DNA of 64,000 nt from a bacterium (GCA_016719645.1 JADJYS010000009.1:108022-172021), one strand, 5' to 3'. Positions 53,476-62,695 are shown, counted from the stretch's first letter. The notes: generated from the sequence alone by a model not told the origin. Numbers and translations: made by a program.

Positions 53476-54587
53476 GACCGCGTCACCACCCGGTCGCCCT
53501 CGTGCAGGGGCGTCGCGCTGCCGGTGACGACCGTCTCGCCGCCCGTCAGGCCGGACAGGACCTCCACCAGGCCGTCCCGCTCGTCGCCCAGGCGGATCCA
53601 GCGCAGCCGCGCGGTCCCGTCGTCGCCGACGAGGAACACGCCGGTCAGCTGGCCGCGCGCGACGATCGCGGAGCGGGGCACCAGCACGCCGCGGCGCTCG
53701 CCCGTGGTCAGGTCGACGCGGGCGAACATGCCGGGGCGCAGGCGGGGGTCGGGGTTCTCGAGGTACAGCTCGACGTCGTAGGTGCGCGACCCCGGGTTCG
53801 CCGACGGGATCACGCGGGCGATCGGGGCGGCGAACACGGCGCCGTCGAGCGAGGTCACGGCGATGCGCGCGGTGTCGCCGGCCGCGACCCGCGAGACGTC
53901 CCGCTCGCCCACCGCGGCGACCACCTTGAGGCGGTCGAGCTGGTCCACGTACATCAGCGGCTGGCCGGGCGAGGCCATGTCGCCGACCTCGACCATGCGG
54001 CGCGTCACCACGCCGGCGGCGGGCGCGACGATGTTCAGGTAGCCGAGGTGCACGCCGGCCTCGGACCGGGCGGCCTGGGCCTGGGCCAGGCCGGCGCGGG
54101 CCCGCTCCAGCCCGGTGGTCACGTCGTCGAGCTGCTGCTTCGAGACGGCCTTGCGCTCGTAGAGGTTGGCGAAGCGCGCGGCCGTCGCCTCGGCGTTGGC
54201 GACCACGGCCTCGGCCTCGCGGACGCCGGCCTCGGCCTGCTCGCGCCGGGCGCGCAGGTCCTTGTCGTCGATGCTCAGCAGCGCCTGCCCGGCGCGCACC
54301 GCGTCGCCCTCGCGCACGTGGATGCGGCTCACCCAGCCCATCATGCGGGTGCTGACGTGGGCGCGGACCGCCGGCTCGACGCTGGCGACGGCGCCGACGG
54401 TCACCGGCAGCGTCGCCAGGGCGGCGGGCGCGGTCTCGCAGGCGACTTCCGTCGCGGCGGCGTGCGCCGCGGGCTTCTCCTGGCCGCAGCCGACCAGGCC
54501 GGTGAACGGAAGGCCGGCGATCAGCAGGCCGGTCGCGGCCAGCAGCAGGGCGTTCTTCATGGCGTGATTCCTCCGCAGGTTGTTCAT
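53472..54587 (-). CDS. RND efflux periplasmic adaptor (membrane-fusion protein), lipoprotein
   Basis: Lipobox LVGCGQ. The order is barrel-sandwich, coiled coil, then beta-barrel (VSRIHVREGDAVRAGQALLSIDD...YLNIVAPAAGVVTRR...). An alternative start at ATG 54560 is preceded by GGAGGA. Confidence 0.88.
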   Translation of the reverse strand: MNNLRRNHAMKNALLLAATGLLIAGLPFTGLVGCGQEKPAAHAAATEVACETAPAALATLPVTVGAVASVEPAVRAHVSTRMMGWVSRIHVREGDAVRAGQALLSIDDKDLRARREQAEAGVREAEAVVANAEATAARFANLYERKAVSKQQLDDVTTGLERARAGLAQAQAARSEAGVHLGYLNIVAPAAGVVTRRMVEVGDMASPGQPLMYVDQLDRLKVVAAVGERDVSRVAAGDTARIAVTSLDGAVFAAPIARVIPSANPGSRTYDVELYLENPDPRLRPGMFARVDLTTGERRGVLVPRSAIVARGQLTGVFLVGDDGTARLRWIRLGDERDGLVEVLSGLTGGETVVTGSATPLHEGDRVVTRS

Positions 54588-56017
54588 TCCCGATCCTCCC
54601 GGTCGGCGGCGGGGTCGATGGCCCCGGCGTAGATCGTCCTGGCCTCGCTGACGCGCAGGTCGTGCCGCGCGCGGACGAGGTCGCCCTCGGCCTGCGTGGC
54701 CATGGCCTGCACGTCCAGCAGGTCGACCATCGAGGCGAGGCCCTCGCGGTACATCTCGTCGACGATGCGCAGGCTCTCCCGCGCCGAGACGACGGCGTCG
54801 GCGGCCACGGCGAGCCGCTCGGCGGCGGCGCCGGCCTCGCGGCGGGCCTGGTCCAGCTCGAGCCCCGCCTGGCGCTGCGCGAAGTCGGCCACGTGCGCGG
54901 CCGCGCGGCTGCGGGCGCGGGCCTGGCGCAGGGCCCCGACGTCCTCGAGGCCGGAGAAGACGTCCCAGGTGGCGTAGATGCCGAACGTCCAGCTGTCGGC
55001 CTCGTCGCCGAACAGCTCGTCGCGGTGGAACCAGTTCTTCTCGGCCTGCAGGTTCAGGTGCGGCAGCATGGCGCCGCGGGCCACCTTGGCCATGTGGGCG
55101 GCGGCGGCGGCCTGCTCGCGGGCGGCCAGGACGTCGGCGCGCGCGGCGGCGTTCCCGGCGCCGTCGGACCCGTGCGCGCGATCGTCGGCGGGGGTCGCCG
55201 CCGGCGCGAGGGGCAGGGGCGTGTCCGCGGCGGTCAGCAGCAGGATGTGCTCGCCCGCCGTCGCGGCCTGGTGGCGCACCTCGATCAGGCGCTGGCGCAG
55301 CCCGTCGCGGTGGACCTTGGCCTGGAGCAGGTCGGCCTCGGTGGCCATCTCGTTGTCGACCATGGCCTGGGCCTGCGCGACGTGGGCGTCGGCCGAGGCG
55401 AGCGCGGCCAGCAGCACCGTCTCGTAGGCCTTGGCCAGCACGAGGCCCTCGTAGGCCTGCACGGCGTGGAAGCGCACCGTCTCGGCGGCGCGGGCGTGCT
55501 CGTGGCGGGCGGCGCCGGCCATCGCGTCGGCGGCCTTCTTGCCGTAGAGCGCCATGCCGGCGTTGAACACCGGCTGCTGCACGCGCACCTGCAGGATGTT
55601 GTTCTCGCCGATGCCCGGCTCGTTCAGGGTGTTGCCGGCGGGCGGCGCCGCGAAGTCGGCCATGGTCGCGCGCCGCTGGTTCAGCTTGAAGCCGAAGCCG
55701 TACAGCGCGTCGTCGGTGCGCAGCCGGTAGGCCCCGAGCGAGACGCGGGGCAGGAAGCCGCGCCAGGCGCCGAGGGCCTCGGCGTCCGCGGCCGCGCGCA
55801 CCTCGCCGCCGGCGGCCAGCATCTCGTTGTGCCGCAGCGCCGCGGCGATCACCAGGTCGCGTTCGACGAGCAGGGTGTCGTTGCGCACGACGCCGAGCTC
55901 CTCCAGGCCCGTGCCGGCGGCGGCGGGGCCCGCCAGGGGCGCCAGCAGGACCAGCAGGCCGCCGAGGGCGGCGAGGGCGGCGAGCCGGGCGCCTGTTCTG
56001 ATGTCGGGGTTCAGCAT
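54584..56017 (-). CDS. TolC-family outer-membrane efflux channel
   Basis: ATG 56017 follows AGGGAGA. There is a signal peptide, and two repeats of the TolC helical/barrel pattern are present (LVLAKAYETVLLAALASADAHVAQAQAMVDNEMATEADLLQAKV...). Confidence 0.85.
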   Translation of the reverse strand: MLNPDIRTGARLAALAALGGLLVLLAPLAGPAAAGTGLEELGVVRNDTLLVERDLVIAAALRHNEMLAAGGEVRAAADAEALGAWRGFLPRVSLGAYRLRTDDALYGFGFKLNQRRATMADFAAPPAGNTLNEPGIGENNILQVRVQQPVFNAGMALYGKKAADAMAGAARHEHARAAETVRFHAVQAYEGLVLAKAYETVLLAALASADAHVAQAQAMVDNEMATEADLLQAKVHRDGLRQRLIEVRHQAATAGEHILLLTAADTPLPLAPAATPADDRAHGSDGAGNAAARADVLAAREQAAAAAHMAKVARGAMLPHLNLQAEKNWFHRDELFGDEADSWTFGIYATWDVFSGLEDVGALRQARARSRAAAHVADFAQRQAGLELDQARREAGAAAERLAVAADAVVSARESLRIVDEMYREGLASMVDLLDVQAMATQAEGDLVRARHDLRVSEARTIYAGAIDPAADREDRE

Positions 56018-56045
56018 GGTTCTCCCTCTGCGGACGATCGTGGGA

Positions 56046-56255
56046 CTAGCGGGCGCCCGCATCGCGGGACTCCGGGACGCCGGCCTTCTTGAGCATCGTG
56101 ATCAGCGGGCACCAGTCCGTGAAGGCCGACTGGAGCAGGTTCAGGCCGACGAAGGCCGTGAACCACAGCCACTTGGGGCTGACGAAGTGGGCGAGGGCCA
56201 GGCTCAGCAGCACGAAGGCGCCGGCCACCAGCCTCAGGATCCGGTGGAGCGTCAT
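56046..56255 (-). CDS. small two-TM DUF2892 (YgaP C-terminal-domain-like) membrane protein
   Basis: ATG 56255 follows GGGAGG. The sequence MTLHRILRLVAGAFVLLSLALAHFVSPKWLWFTAFVGLNLLQSAFTDWCPLITMLKKAG matches the DUF2892 pattern (R..R...G......L.......W......G..L..S.....CP). It is the first gene of the efflux operon. Confidence 0.75.
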   Translation of the reverse strand: MTLHRILRLVAGAFVLLSLALAHFVSPKWLWFTAFVGLNLLQSAFTDWCPLITMLKKAGVPESRDAGAR

Positions 56256-56298
56256 GACGGGGCCTCCCGTGAACAGGTCCATATACAATCAACTGCGA

Positions 56299-56318
56299 AT
56301 ACTATTATATATTAGAAT
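56299..56318. promoter_or_regulatory. AT-rich imperfect palindrome (candidate operator) in the divergent DUF2892-efflux / ispH spacer
   Basis: ATACTATTAT.ATATTAGAAT has 8/10 complementary arms. It lies in the only AT-rich patch (56281-56332) of the 180-bp divergent region. Confidence 0.25.
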
Positions 56319-56435
56319 AAGAGACTGTCAAGCCCCGAAACCAGAAATTTGCCCCGTCCGGGGAACGGGCCTATCCTGCTGCCAATGCTGGGTCTAAGGT
56401 CGAGATCGCGCTCGAGAACGCATCGGGAGGATCGC

Positions 56436-57392
56436 ATGTCCCCCTCATCGGACGAGAGGACGCTGCTGGTCGCCGGGCCGCGCGGGTTCTGCGCCGGCGT
56501 CGAGCGGGCGATCGCCATCGTGGAGCAGATGCTGCCGCTTGTCGAGGGCCCGTTGCACGTGCGCAAGGAGATCGTCCACAACCGGGCCGTGGTCGATGAT
56601 TTCGTGCGCCGGGGCGTGGTCTTCGTCGAGGAATTGGACGAGGTGCCGGCCGGCGGCACCGTGGTCTTCAGCGCCCACGGCGTCTCGCCCGCGGTGCGCG
56701 ACGACGCCGCCCGGCGGGGCCTGCGCGTCGTGGACGCCACCTGCCCCCTGGTCACCAAGGTCCACCGCCAGGTCCAGCGCCACGCCGGCCGCGGCCGCCA
56801 CATCCTGCTGATCGGCCACGTCGGGCACGACGAGGTGGTCGGCACGATGGGGGAGGCGCCCGACGCCATCACCCTGGTCACCTCGGCCCGCGAGGCCGAG
56901 ACGGTGGCGCTGCCGGAAGACCGCGACCTCTATTACGTGACCCAGACGACCCTGAGCGTGGACGAGACCCGCGACATCGTCGAGGTCCTCCAGCGCCGGC
57001 GGCCGGACCTGCGCGGCCCCGCCCACAGCGACATCTGCTACGCCACCCAGAACCGGCAGGACGCCGTGAAGGCGTTGCTGGCCGAGGGGATCCAGCGGCT
57101 GCTGGTGGTCGGTTCGGACAACAGCAGCAACTCCCTGCGCCTGGGCGAGGTGGCGCGCCTGGCCGGCGTGCCGGCCGATCTCGTCGGCGGCGCCCACGAC
57201 CTGCCCCGCGCCGAGCTGGCGGCCCTGAACCTGGTCGGGCTGACCGCCGGCGCCTCGGCCCCCGAGTACCTGGTCCAGGACATCGTGCGCTATTTCGAGG
57301 CGGAGGGCTGGGCGGTCCGTTCCCGCATCGTGTTGGAAGAACATGTGAAGTTCGATCTCCCGCCCGAATTGTCAGGAAACGGGATCCTTTAA
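56436..57392 (+). CDS. ispH: 4-hydroxy-3-methylbut-2-enyl diphosphate reductase
   Basis: ATG 56436 follows GGGAGGA. The sequence contains GFCAGVERAI, VHNRAVV, VFSAHGVSP, DATCPLVTKVH, GHVGHDEVVG, YVTQTTLS, ICYATQNRQ and GSDNSSNSLRL, which include the three cluster cysteines. Confidence 0.92.
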   Translation: MSPSSDERTLLVAGPRGFCAGVERAIAIVEQMLPLVEGPLHVRKEIVHNRAVVDDFVRRGVVFVEELDEVPAGGTVVFSAHGVSPAVRDDAARRGLRVVDATCPLVTKVHRQVQRHAGRGRHILLIGHVGHDEVVGTMGEAPDAITLVTSAREAETVALPEDRDLYYVTQTTLSVDETRDIVEVLQRRRPDLRGPAHSDICYATQNRQDAVKALLAEGIQRLLVVGSDNSSNSLRLGEVARLAGVPADLVGGAHDLPRAELAALNLVGLTAGASAPEYLVQDIVRYFEAEGWAVRSRIVLEEHVKFDLPPELSGNGIL

Positions 57393-57426
57393 GTAGACAT
57401 ATATGCAGTTATGCAGTACTTTGACT

Positions 57427-57455
57427 TTGACAGCCGCAGATAAGGTCGTTAATTT
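57427..57455 (+). promoter_or_regulatory. candidate sigma70-type promoter for the ArsR-family gene
   Basis: TTGACA, a 17-nt spacer, then TAATTT. It lies about 95 nt upstream of GTG 57550. A tandem 8-mer ATGCAGTT/ATGCAGTA sits just upstream (57403-57418). Confidence 0.35.
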
Positions 57456-57549
57456 ATCGTCAACCGCGCGCCGGGGCTCCTTCGACGGGCCGGCCGGCGG
57501 CGCTGGTCGCGATGACATCGGTGACGATCGCAACCTCAAGGGGACCGAC

Positions 57550-57882
57550 GTGGACAAGAAGCTCTACGAGATGCAGGCCGAGCTGTGCAAGACGCTCTCG
57601 AACCCGAAGCGCCTCGAGATCCTGGACATCCTGAAGGAGGCGGGGGAGATCTGCGTCAACGAGCTGGCCGAGCGCCTCGAGATCCCCAAGGCCAACACCT
57701 CGCAGCACCTGGCCGTGCTGCGCCAGGCGGGCGTCGTCAACACGCGCAAGGACGGCATCAACGTCTACTACAGCCTGCGCTCGCAGAAGATCACCGAGGC
57801 CTGCTCCCTGACCCGCACGATCCTCGTCGAGCGTCTCGAGGACCAGGTGGGCCTGACCAACCTGATCCGCGAGCAGGACTAG
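57550..57882 (+). CDS. ArsR/SmtB-family transcriptional regulator
   Basis: The start is GTG 57550 (or ATG 57571). The sequence is LCKTLSNPKRLEILDILKEAGEICVNELAERLEIPKANTSQHLAVLRQAGVVNTRKDGINVYYSL. The canonical metal-site ELCVCDL is reduced to EICVNEL, and additional Cys residues lie near both ends. Confidence 0.85.
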   Translation: MDKKLYEMQAELCKTLSNPKRLEILDILKEAGEICVNELAERLEIPKANTSQHLAVLRQAGVVNTRKDGINVYYSLRSQKITEACSLTRTILVERLEDQVGLTNLIREQD

Positions 57883-57885
57883 CCC

Positions 57886-59130
57886 GTGACCGCCCTGCTC
57901 GCCGCCCTGGCCGGCCTGCTCGTCGGCGCGATCGCGGCCCGCCTGCTCGGCCGCGCCCGCGAGGCCGCCCTGCAGGAGAAGGCCGCGCGCCTCGCGGACG
58001 AGCTGGACCGCCGCGACCGCGACGGCGGCGCCCTGCGCGACGCCTTCAAGGCCGCCGCCGCCGACGCCCTGCGCCTGAACAACGAGAGCTTCCTGCAGCT
58101 GGCGCGCCCCGAGCTGGAGAAGGTCGTGGCCCGCGCCTCCGGCGAGCTGGCCCAGCGCCAGCAGGCGGTCGAGGGGCTGGTCAAGCCCATCGGCGACTCC
58201 CTGGCCAAGGTGACCCTCGAGATCACGCAGCTGGAGAAGCAGCGGGCCGCGACGCACGCGGACCTGGTGCGCCTCATCGGCACCGTCAACGACGACCAGC
58301 GCGCCCTGAAGTCCGAGACCTCCAACCTCGTGCGGGCCCTGCGCCGGCCCGAGGTGCGCGGGCGCTGGGGCGAGCTGCAGCTGCGCAAGGTCGTCGAGAT
58401 GGCGGGCATGCTGGACTACGTGGACTTCGTGGAGCAGGCCTCGGCCGAGGGGGAGGACGGGCGGCTGCGCCCCGACATGATCGTGCGCCTGCCCGGCGGC
58501 CAGCAGGTCGTGGTCGACGCCAAGGCGCCGCTGGACGCCTACCTCGCGGCCGTCGAGGCCGTGGACGAGGACCGCCGGCGCGCGCTGCTGGACGATCACG
58601 CCCGGCACATCCAGGACCACATGCGCAAGCTCGGGCAGAAGAACTACTGGAGCCAGTTCGCGTCCTCGCCCGAGTTCGTCGTGATGTTCCTGCCGGGGGA
58701 GAACATCTTCGGCCAGGCGCTGGCGCAGGACCCGTCGCTGATCGAGAAGGGCGTCAACGAGAAGGTCATCCCCGCCTCGCCCACCACGCTGATCGCGCTG
58801 CTGCGCGCCGTGGCCTACGGCTGGAACCAGCAGAAGCTGACCGAGAGCGCGCGCGAGATCAGCGAGCTCGGCCGCGACCTCTACGCGCGCCTGCGCACGA
58901 TGGCCGAGCACCTCTCGAAGCACGGCCAGCACCTCGACCGCGCGGTCGACAGCTACAACAAGTTCCTGGGCTCGCTCGAGCGCAACGTCCTGCCGCAGGC
59001 CCGCCGCTTCGAGCAGCTCGGCGCCGCCGTCGGCGAGGGCCTGCCCGAGATCCCGCCCATCGAAAAGGCCCTGCGGTTGCCGCAGGCGCCGGAACTGGCG
59101 ATCCCGTCCCCCGAAGACGCCGCCGGCTGA
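57886..59130 (+). CDS. rmuC: DNA recombination protein RmuC
   Basis: It has an N-terminal TM helix and a long coiled coil. The RmuC core follows: GRWGELQLRKVVEMAGM...PDMIVRLPGGQQVVVDAKAPL...FVVMFLPGENIF...VIPASPTTLIALLRAVAYGW. Confidence 0.88.
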   Translation: MTALLAALAGLLVGAIAARLLGRAREAALQEKAARLADELDRRDRDGGALRDAFKAAAADALRLNNESFLQLARPELEKVVARASGELAQRQQAVEGLVKPIGDSLAKVTLEITQLEKQRAATHADLVRLIGTVNDDQRALKSETSNLVRALRRPEVRGRWGELQLRKVVEMAGMLDYVDFVEQASAEGEDGRLRPDMIVRLPGGQQVVVDAKAPLDAYLAAVEAVDEDRRRALLDDHARHIQDHMRKLGQKNYWSQFASSPEFVVMFLPGENIFGQALAQDPSLIEKGVNEKVIPASPTTLIALLRAVAYGWNQQKLTESAREISELGRDLYARLRTMAEHLSKHGQHLDRAVDSYNKFLGSLERNVLPQARRFEQLGAAVGEGLPEIPPIEKALRLPQAPELAIPSPEDAAG

Positions 59131-59148
59131 CCGGCTCCCGGGCGTGGA

Positions 59149-59182
59149 AATCCCCGGTCCGGCGTTGGCCGGGCCGGGGATT
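59149..59182. terminator. hairpin between convergent rmuC and HDOD genes
   Basis: AATCCCCGG pairs with CCGGGGATT, with an inner CCGGC-gttg-GCCGG stem. There is no strong U-tract. Confidence 0.45.
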
Positions 59183-59199
59183 CCGCATCCGCCGCGTCG

Positions 59200-60078
59200 C
59201 TACTGGATGATCTGCATGATCTCCAGCGACTGGTTCGTCTCCTCGGCGTACTTGTCCTGCAGCCGCAGGGCCTGCTCGAGCGTGAGGTTCAGCTCGCTCA
59301 GCGCCCAGGGGTCGACGTCGGCCGCCGCGAGGCTCGCCGGCGCGCCCATGCCCATCATGTAGGAGATGTGGTCCGACACGTTCACCAGGGCCACCAGGCC
59401 GGGGTACGAGCTGCCGGAGTTCAGGCTGTGGTGGCACTGGACGGACTCGACCAGGTTCGCCGGGAAGTTCCAGCTGCGCAGCACCGCCTTGGCGACGTTG
59501 GTGTGATCGACGCTGAGCAGCTCGGACTCCGTGGCGATCCAGCTCTGGCCGTGGTTCAGGGCGTGGTTGCAGACCTCGTCGAAGTCCTCGGTGAAGTACT
59601 TCTTCATGATCAGCTTGCCGATGTCGTGCAGCAGGCCGGCGGTGAAGGTCTCCTCCTGCTGCTTGATGCCCGACTCCTGCCCCAGGATCTTGCAGATCGT
59701 GGCGGTGCAGAGGCTGTGCTTCCAGAAGTCCTCGATCGGGAAGCGGCTGTCCTCCTCCATGCCGCCGACGTAGTCGAAGACGCTGATGGCCAGCGCCGCG
59801 TTGCGCACCGTGCGGAAGCCGAGGATCACCATCGCGCGGCTGATGGTGTTGATCTCCTGCTTGTAGCCGTAGAAGGCCGAGTTGACCAGCTTCAGGATCT
59901 TGGTGGTCAGCGCCTGGTCGCGCGAGACGATTTCGGCGAGCTGCGGCACCGAGACCTGGGGATCGCTCATCTTGCTGAAGAGCTGCTGGTAGACGATGGG
60001 CAGGGTCGGGACTTCCTTCACGACCAGCTTGAGGTCGCGAGGGTGGATGGTCTTCAGAGACAAGGTCGCGGTCGACAA
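59200..60078 (-). CDS. HDOD-domain signalling protein
   Basis: The sequence contains LPTLPIVYQQLFSKMSDPQVSVPQLAEIVSRDQALTTKILKLVNSAFYG and AGLLHDIGKLIM, both HDOD hallmarks. The start is uncertain. I prefer TTG 60078, 6 nt after GAGGAGGAG; the track ORF extends to GTG 60141. Confidence 0.8.
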   Translation of the reverse strand: MSTATLSLKTIHPRDLKLVVKEVPTLPIVYQQLFSKMSDPQVSVPQLAEIVSRDQALTTKILKLVNSAFYGYKQEINTISRAMVILGFRTVRNAALAISVFDYVGGMEEDSRFPIEDFWKHSLCTATICKILGQESGIKQQEETFTAGLLHDIGKLIMKKYFTEDFDEVCNHALNHGQSWIATESELLSVDHTNVAKAVLRSWNFPANLVESVQCHHSLNSGSSYPGLVALVNVSDHISYMMGMGAPASLAAADVDPWALSELNLTLEQALRLQDKYAEETNQSLEIMQIIQ

Positions 60079-60232
60079 GTGAGGCTCCTCCTCGGTCACT
60101 CCCGGTTCCCTCCCGCCGCGCACCCCGGTCCCCTCGATCACCTCACCGGGTACGCGCCGCCAAGTCCGGATGTGGGGGAGCTATCGGCCTGCGGCAGCCC
60201 GCCTTGAGCGGAAATGCGCACCTTTGATCAAT

Positions 60233-61291
60233 TTACCGGAAGATAACGAACGGGGATCCGGGGGCGGGGGCGCGGACGTCGCCGACGACGGCGGCGCAGA
60301 GGGCTCCGTGGGCCAGGGCGGTCGCCCGGGCCTCCTCGCAGCGCTCCGGCGGGACGGCGAAAAGCAGGCCCCCGGAGGTCTGGGGGTCGTTGACCAGGCC
60401 GATCACGTCCTCGCCCAGCGAGGGGGCGTAGCCGACGCGCGCGGCGCCGAAGGCGCGGTTGGACCGGGTGCCGCCGCAGGTGAAGCCGCGGCCGCAGAGG
60501 CCGACCGCGTCGGGCAGCAGGGGCAGCGCGGCGGTGTCCAGGCACAGCTGCACGCCGGCGCCCAGCGCCATCTCGGCGGCGTGCCCCGCCAGCCCGAACC
60601 CCGTCACGTCGGTGCAGGCGCGCACCCCGCAGGCGTGCAGGAAGGCGCCGCAGCGGTTCAGGGCGGTCATCGCGCCCACCAGGGCCGCGTAGTCGGGGCC
60701 CGTCTCGGGGAGCAGGCCCTGCTTCAGGGCCGCGGCCAGCGCGCCGGTGCCCAGCGGCTTGGTCAGCACCAGCAGGTCGCCGGGGCGCGCGGCGCTGTTG
60801 CGCAGGATCCGCTGCGGGTGCACGACCCCGGTCACCGCGAGCCCGAACTTCACCTCGTCGTCGCGCACGGTGTGCCCGCCGCCGACCACGACGCCCGCCT
60901 CGCGGCAGACCGCGGCGGCGCCGGCGAAGATCTCGCCCATGACCTCCGGCGGCAGCGCCTTCTCCGGGAAGCCGCAGAGGTTCAGCGCGAGCAGGGGCGT
61001 GCCGCCCATCGCGTAGACGTCGCTCAGGGAGTTGGCGGCGGCCGCCGCCCCGAAGGCGCGCGGGTCGTCCAGCACCGGGGTGATGAAGTCGGCCGTGGCG
61101 ACCAGGGCCTGCTCGTCGGTCAGGGCGTAGACGGCGGCATCGTCCGACGTCTCGTAGCCGACCAGCAGCTCCGGACGCCGGGTGTCGGGGATGTTCGCGA
61201 GGATCGCCTCGAGGCCCTCCGGGCCGAGCTTGGCCGCTCAGCCGGCGCTCTTGGCGAAACGGGTCAGGTAGACCTTCTCCCCGGGCAGCAC
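60233..61291 (-). CDS. selD: selenide, water dikinase (selenophosphate synthetase) containing an in-frame UGA = selenocysteine
   Basis: The track ORF (60233..61075) is only the part after an internal GTG. Reading on upstream in frame gives (V)LPGEKVYLTRFAKSAG-TGA-AAKLGPEGLEAILANIP...VGYETSDDAAVYAL...ATADFITPVLDDP. This is the conserved SelD N-terminus with TGA (61240-61238) at the Cys/Sec position of the GxG(C/U)xxK loop. GTG 61291 lies 5 nt after GGGGAGG. Downstream motifs include DVYAMGG, GGHTV, DVTGFGL and QTSGGLL. Confidence 0.85.
61208..61228 (-). other. candidate bacterial SECIS hairpin downstream of the selD UGA
   Basis: On the mRNA strand the sequence is UGA GCG GCC AAG then CUCGGCCC-GGA-GGGCC(UC)GAG. 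The stem-loop starts 9 nt after the UGA. I have not compared it against a SECIS model. Confidence 0.35.
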
Positions 61292-61304
61292 GTTCACCTC
61301 CCCG

Positions 61305-62570
61305 TCAGAAGTTGAAGGCGTCCATGAACTGGAACACCGCGTCGTCGTGTTCGGGCACCGCGAGCTCGAAGCGGAACTGGTGGTCCGAGATGTTGATGTG
61401 CGCGCCGCCGCCCCAGGTGGCCCGGGGGTGGCGCCCGCCGCCTTCGAACCAGTCCGTGCCGAGATCGCCGAACGCGTGCAGGCCCACGCCGATGACGCGC
61501 CCGTCGCCGGAGATCGTCATCAGGAACAGCGGCCAGCGGTACTCGGCGCTCAGCAGGAAGCCCTCGTCGCCCACCAGGCTGGCGTAGCCGTAGCCGCGCA
61601 GGGTCTCGGGGCCGCCCCACCAGAGCAGGTCCTCGGGCGGGACCCGCCCCTCGGCGCGCCGGCCCCAGCCGCGCAGCGCCAGCACGTGGTCCCAGGGCAG
61701 CGGCAGGAAGCTGCGCAGGTCGCCCGTCAGCAGGGTGTAGTCGTCGAACCCGTCGCCCAGGACGCGCTCGGCGATCAGCCGGTGGTAGTGGCCGCGCGTG
61801 GGGTACCAGGGCTGGTTGCGGCTGTCGAAGCCCAGGGTGCCGCGCAGGGTGGCGCGGCGGCGGACGGTGGCCGGCCAGGGGTCGGGCAGCTCGCCGATCG
61901 CGCTCTCCTGCTCGAAGCCGCCGGCGGACAGCTCCGCCTGCGCGAACAGGGGGCGGCGGTAGTCCCAGCGCAGCCGGCTCCCGAGCTGCCAGCGTTCGAA
62001 ATCCGTGTCGCGGTGGACGAAATCGGCGCTCTCCCAGCCGGCGTCCAGCCCGCAGGACAGGCCGTCCACGCCGAAGAGCCAGGGATGCGTCCACTCGGCG
62101 TCGTAGCCGTGCCGCGCGTACCAGGTGGCCGCCAGGGAGAGCCGCTCGCCCCGCCCCCGGAAATTGATGTCGTAGATGCGGGCGCCGAGCAGCACGTCCC
62201 AGCGGCGGTCGTAGTCGATGATCGGGTAGTAGCGCAGCGTCGCGTCCTCCTCGACGACCACGGTCACCGGGACGACGTCGCCGCCCTGGTCGTCGTAGAC
62301 GAGGTCCACGTAGGCGAACCAGCCCAGATCCTCCAGGTGCTCCCAGGCCCGGTCCAGGACCGCGAAGTCGAAGGGGTCGCCCTCGGCGAAGCCCAGCTCG
62401 TTCAGGATGAGCGCCGACTGCGTGGAGGTGTTGCCCTCGACCGCGATCGGCCCGAACACGGGCGCGTCCTGGGCGCGGGGGGCCGCGGCGGTCCCGAGCA
62501 GGACGAGCGCCACGCAGAGGGCCGCGGCGAGGCGCGGCGGGCAGGTCGGCGGGGAAATCTGGGACGGCAT
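61305..62570 (-). CDS. Omp85/BamA-family outer-membrane protein (POTRA-like N-domain plus surface-antigen barrel)
   Basis: ATG 62570 (MPSQISPPTCPPRLAAALCVALVLLGTAAAPRAQ). The POTRA-like segment is FGPIAVEGNTSTQSALILNELGFAEGDPF. The barrel carries GGPETLRGYGY and the terminal ...FQFMDAFNF. Confidence 0.75.
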   Translation of the reverse strand: MPSQISPPTCPPRLAAALCVALVLLGTAAAPRAQDAPVFGPIAVEGNTSTQSALILNELGFAEGDPFDFAVLDRAWEHLEDLGWFAYVDLVYDDQGGDVVPVTVVVEEDATLRYYPIIDYDRRWDVLLGARIYDINFRGRGERLSLAATWYARHGYDAEWTHPWLFGVDGLSCGLDAGWESADFVHRDTDFERWQLGSRLRWDYRRPLFAQAELSAGGFEQESAIGELPDPWPATVRRRATLRGTLGFDSRNQPWYPTRGHYHRLIAERVLGDGFDDYTLLTGDLRSFLPLPWDHVLALRGWGRRAEGRVPPEDLLWWGGPETLRGYGYASLVGDEGFLLSAEYRWPLFLMTISGDGRVIGVGLHAFGDLGTDWFEGGGRHPRATWGGGAHINISDHQFRFELAVPEHDDAVFQFMDAFNF

Positions 62571-62695
62571 CCGTGCTCCCGCTCCGTCGGGGTCCATTCG
62601 GGCGGCGCCGGGGCCGGCGCCGCGGGTGTGACGGCGCCCAACGTAGCACGGGAACCGGGGCTGGAGCAAGGCGACCGCGAACGCGCCGCCTCCGG

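Noticed and set aside
57886-60078. RmuC next to an HDOD protein, considered as a possible defence-type module.
   Set aside because: The genes are convergent and separated by a hairpin. Both are common housekeeping or signalling genes. No nuclease, ATPase or other defence partners are nearby.
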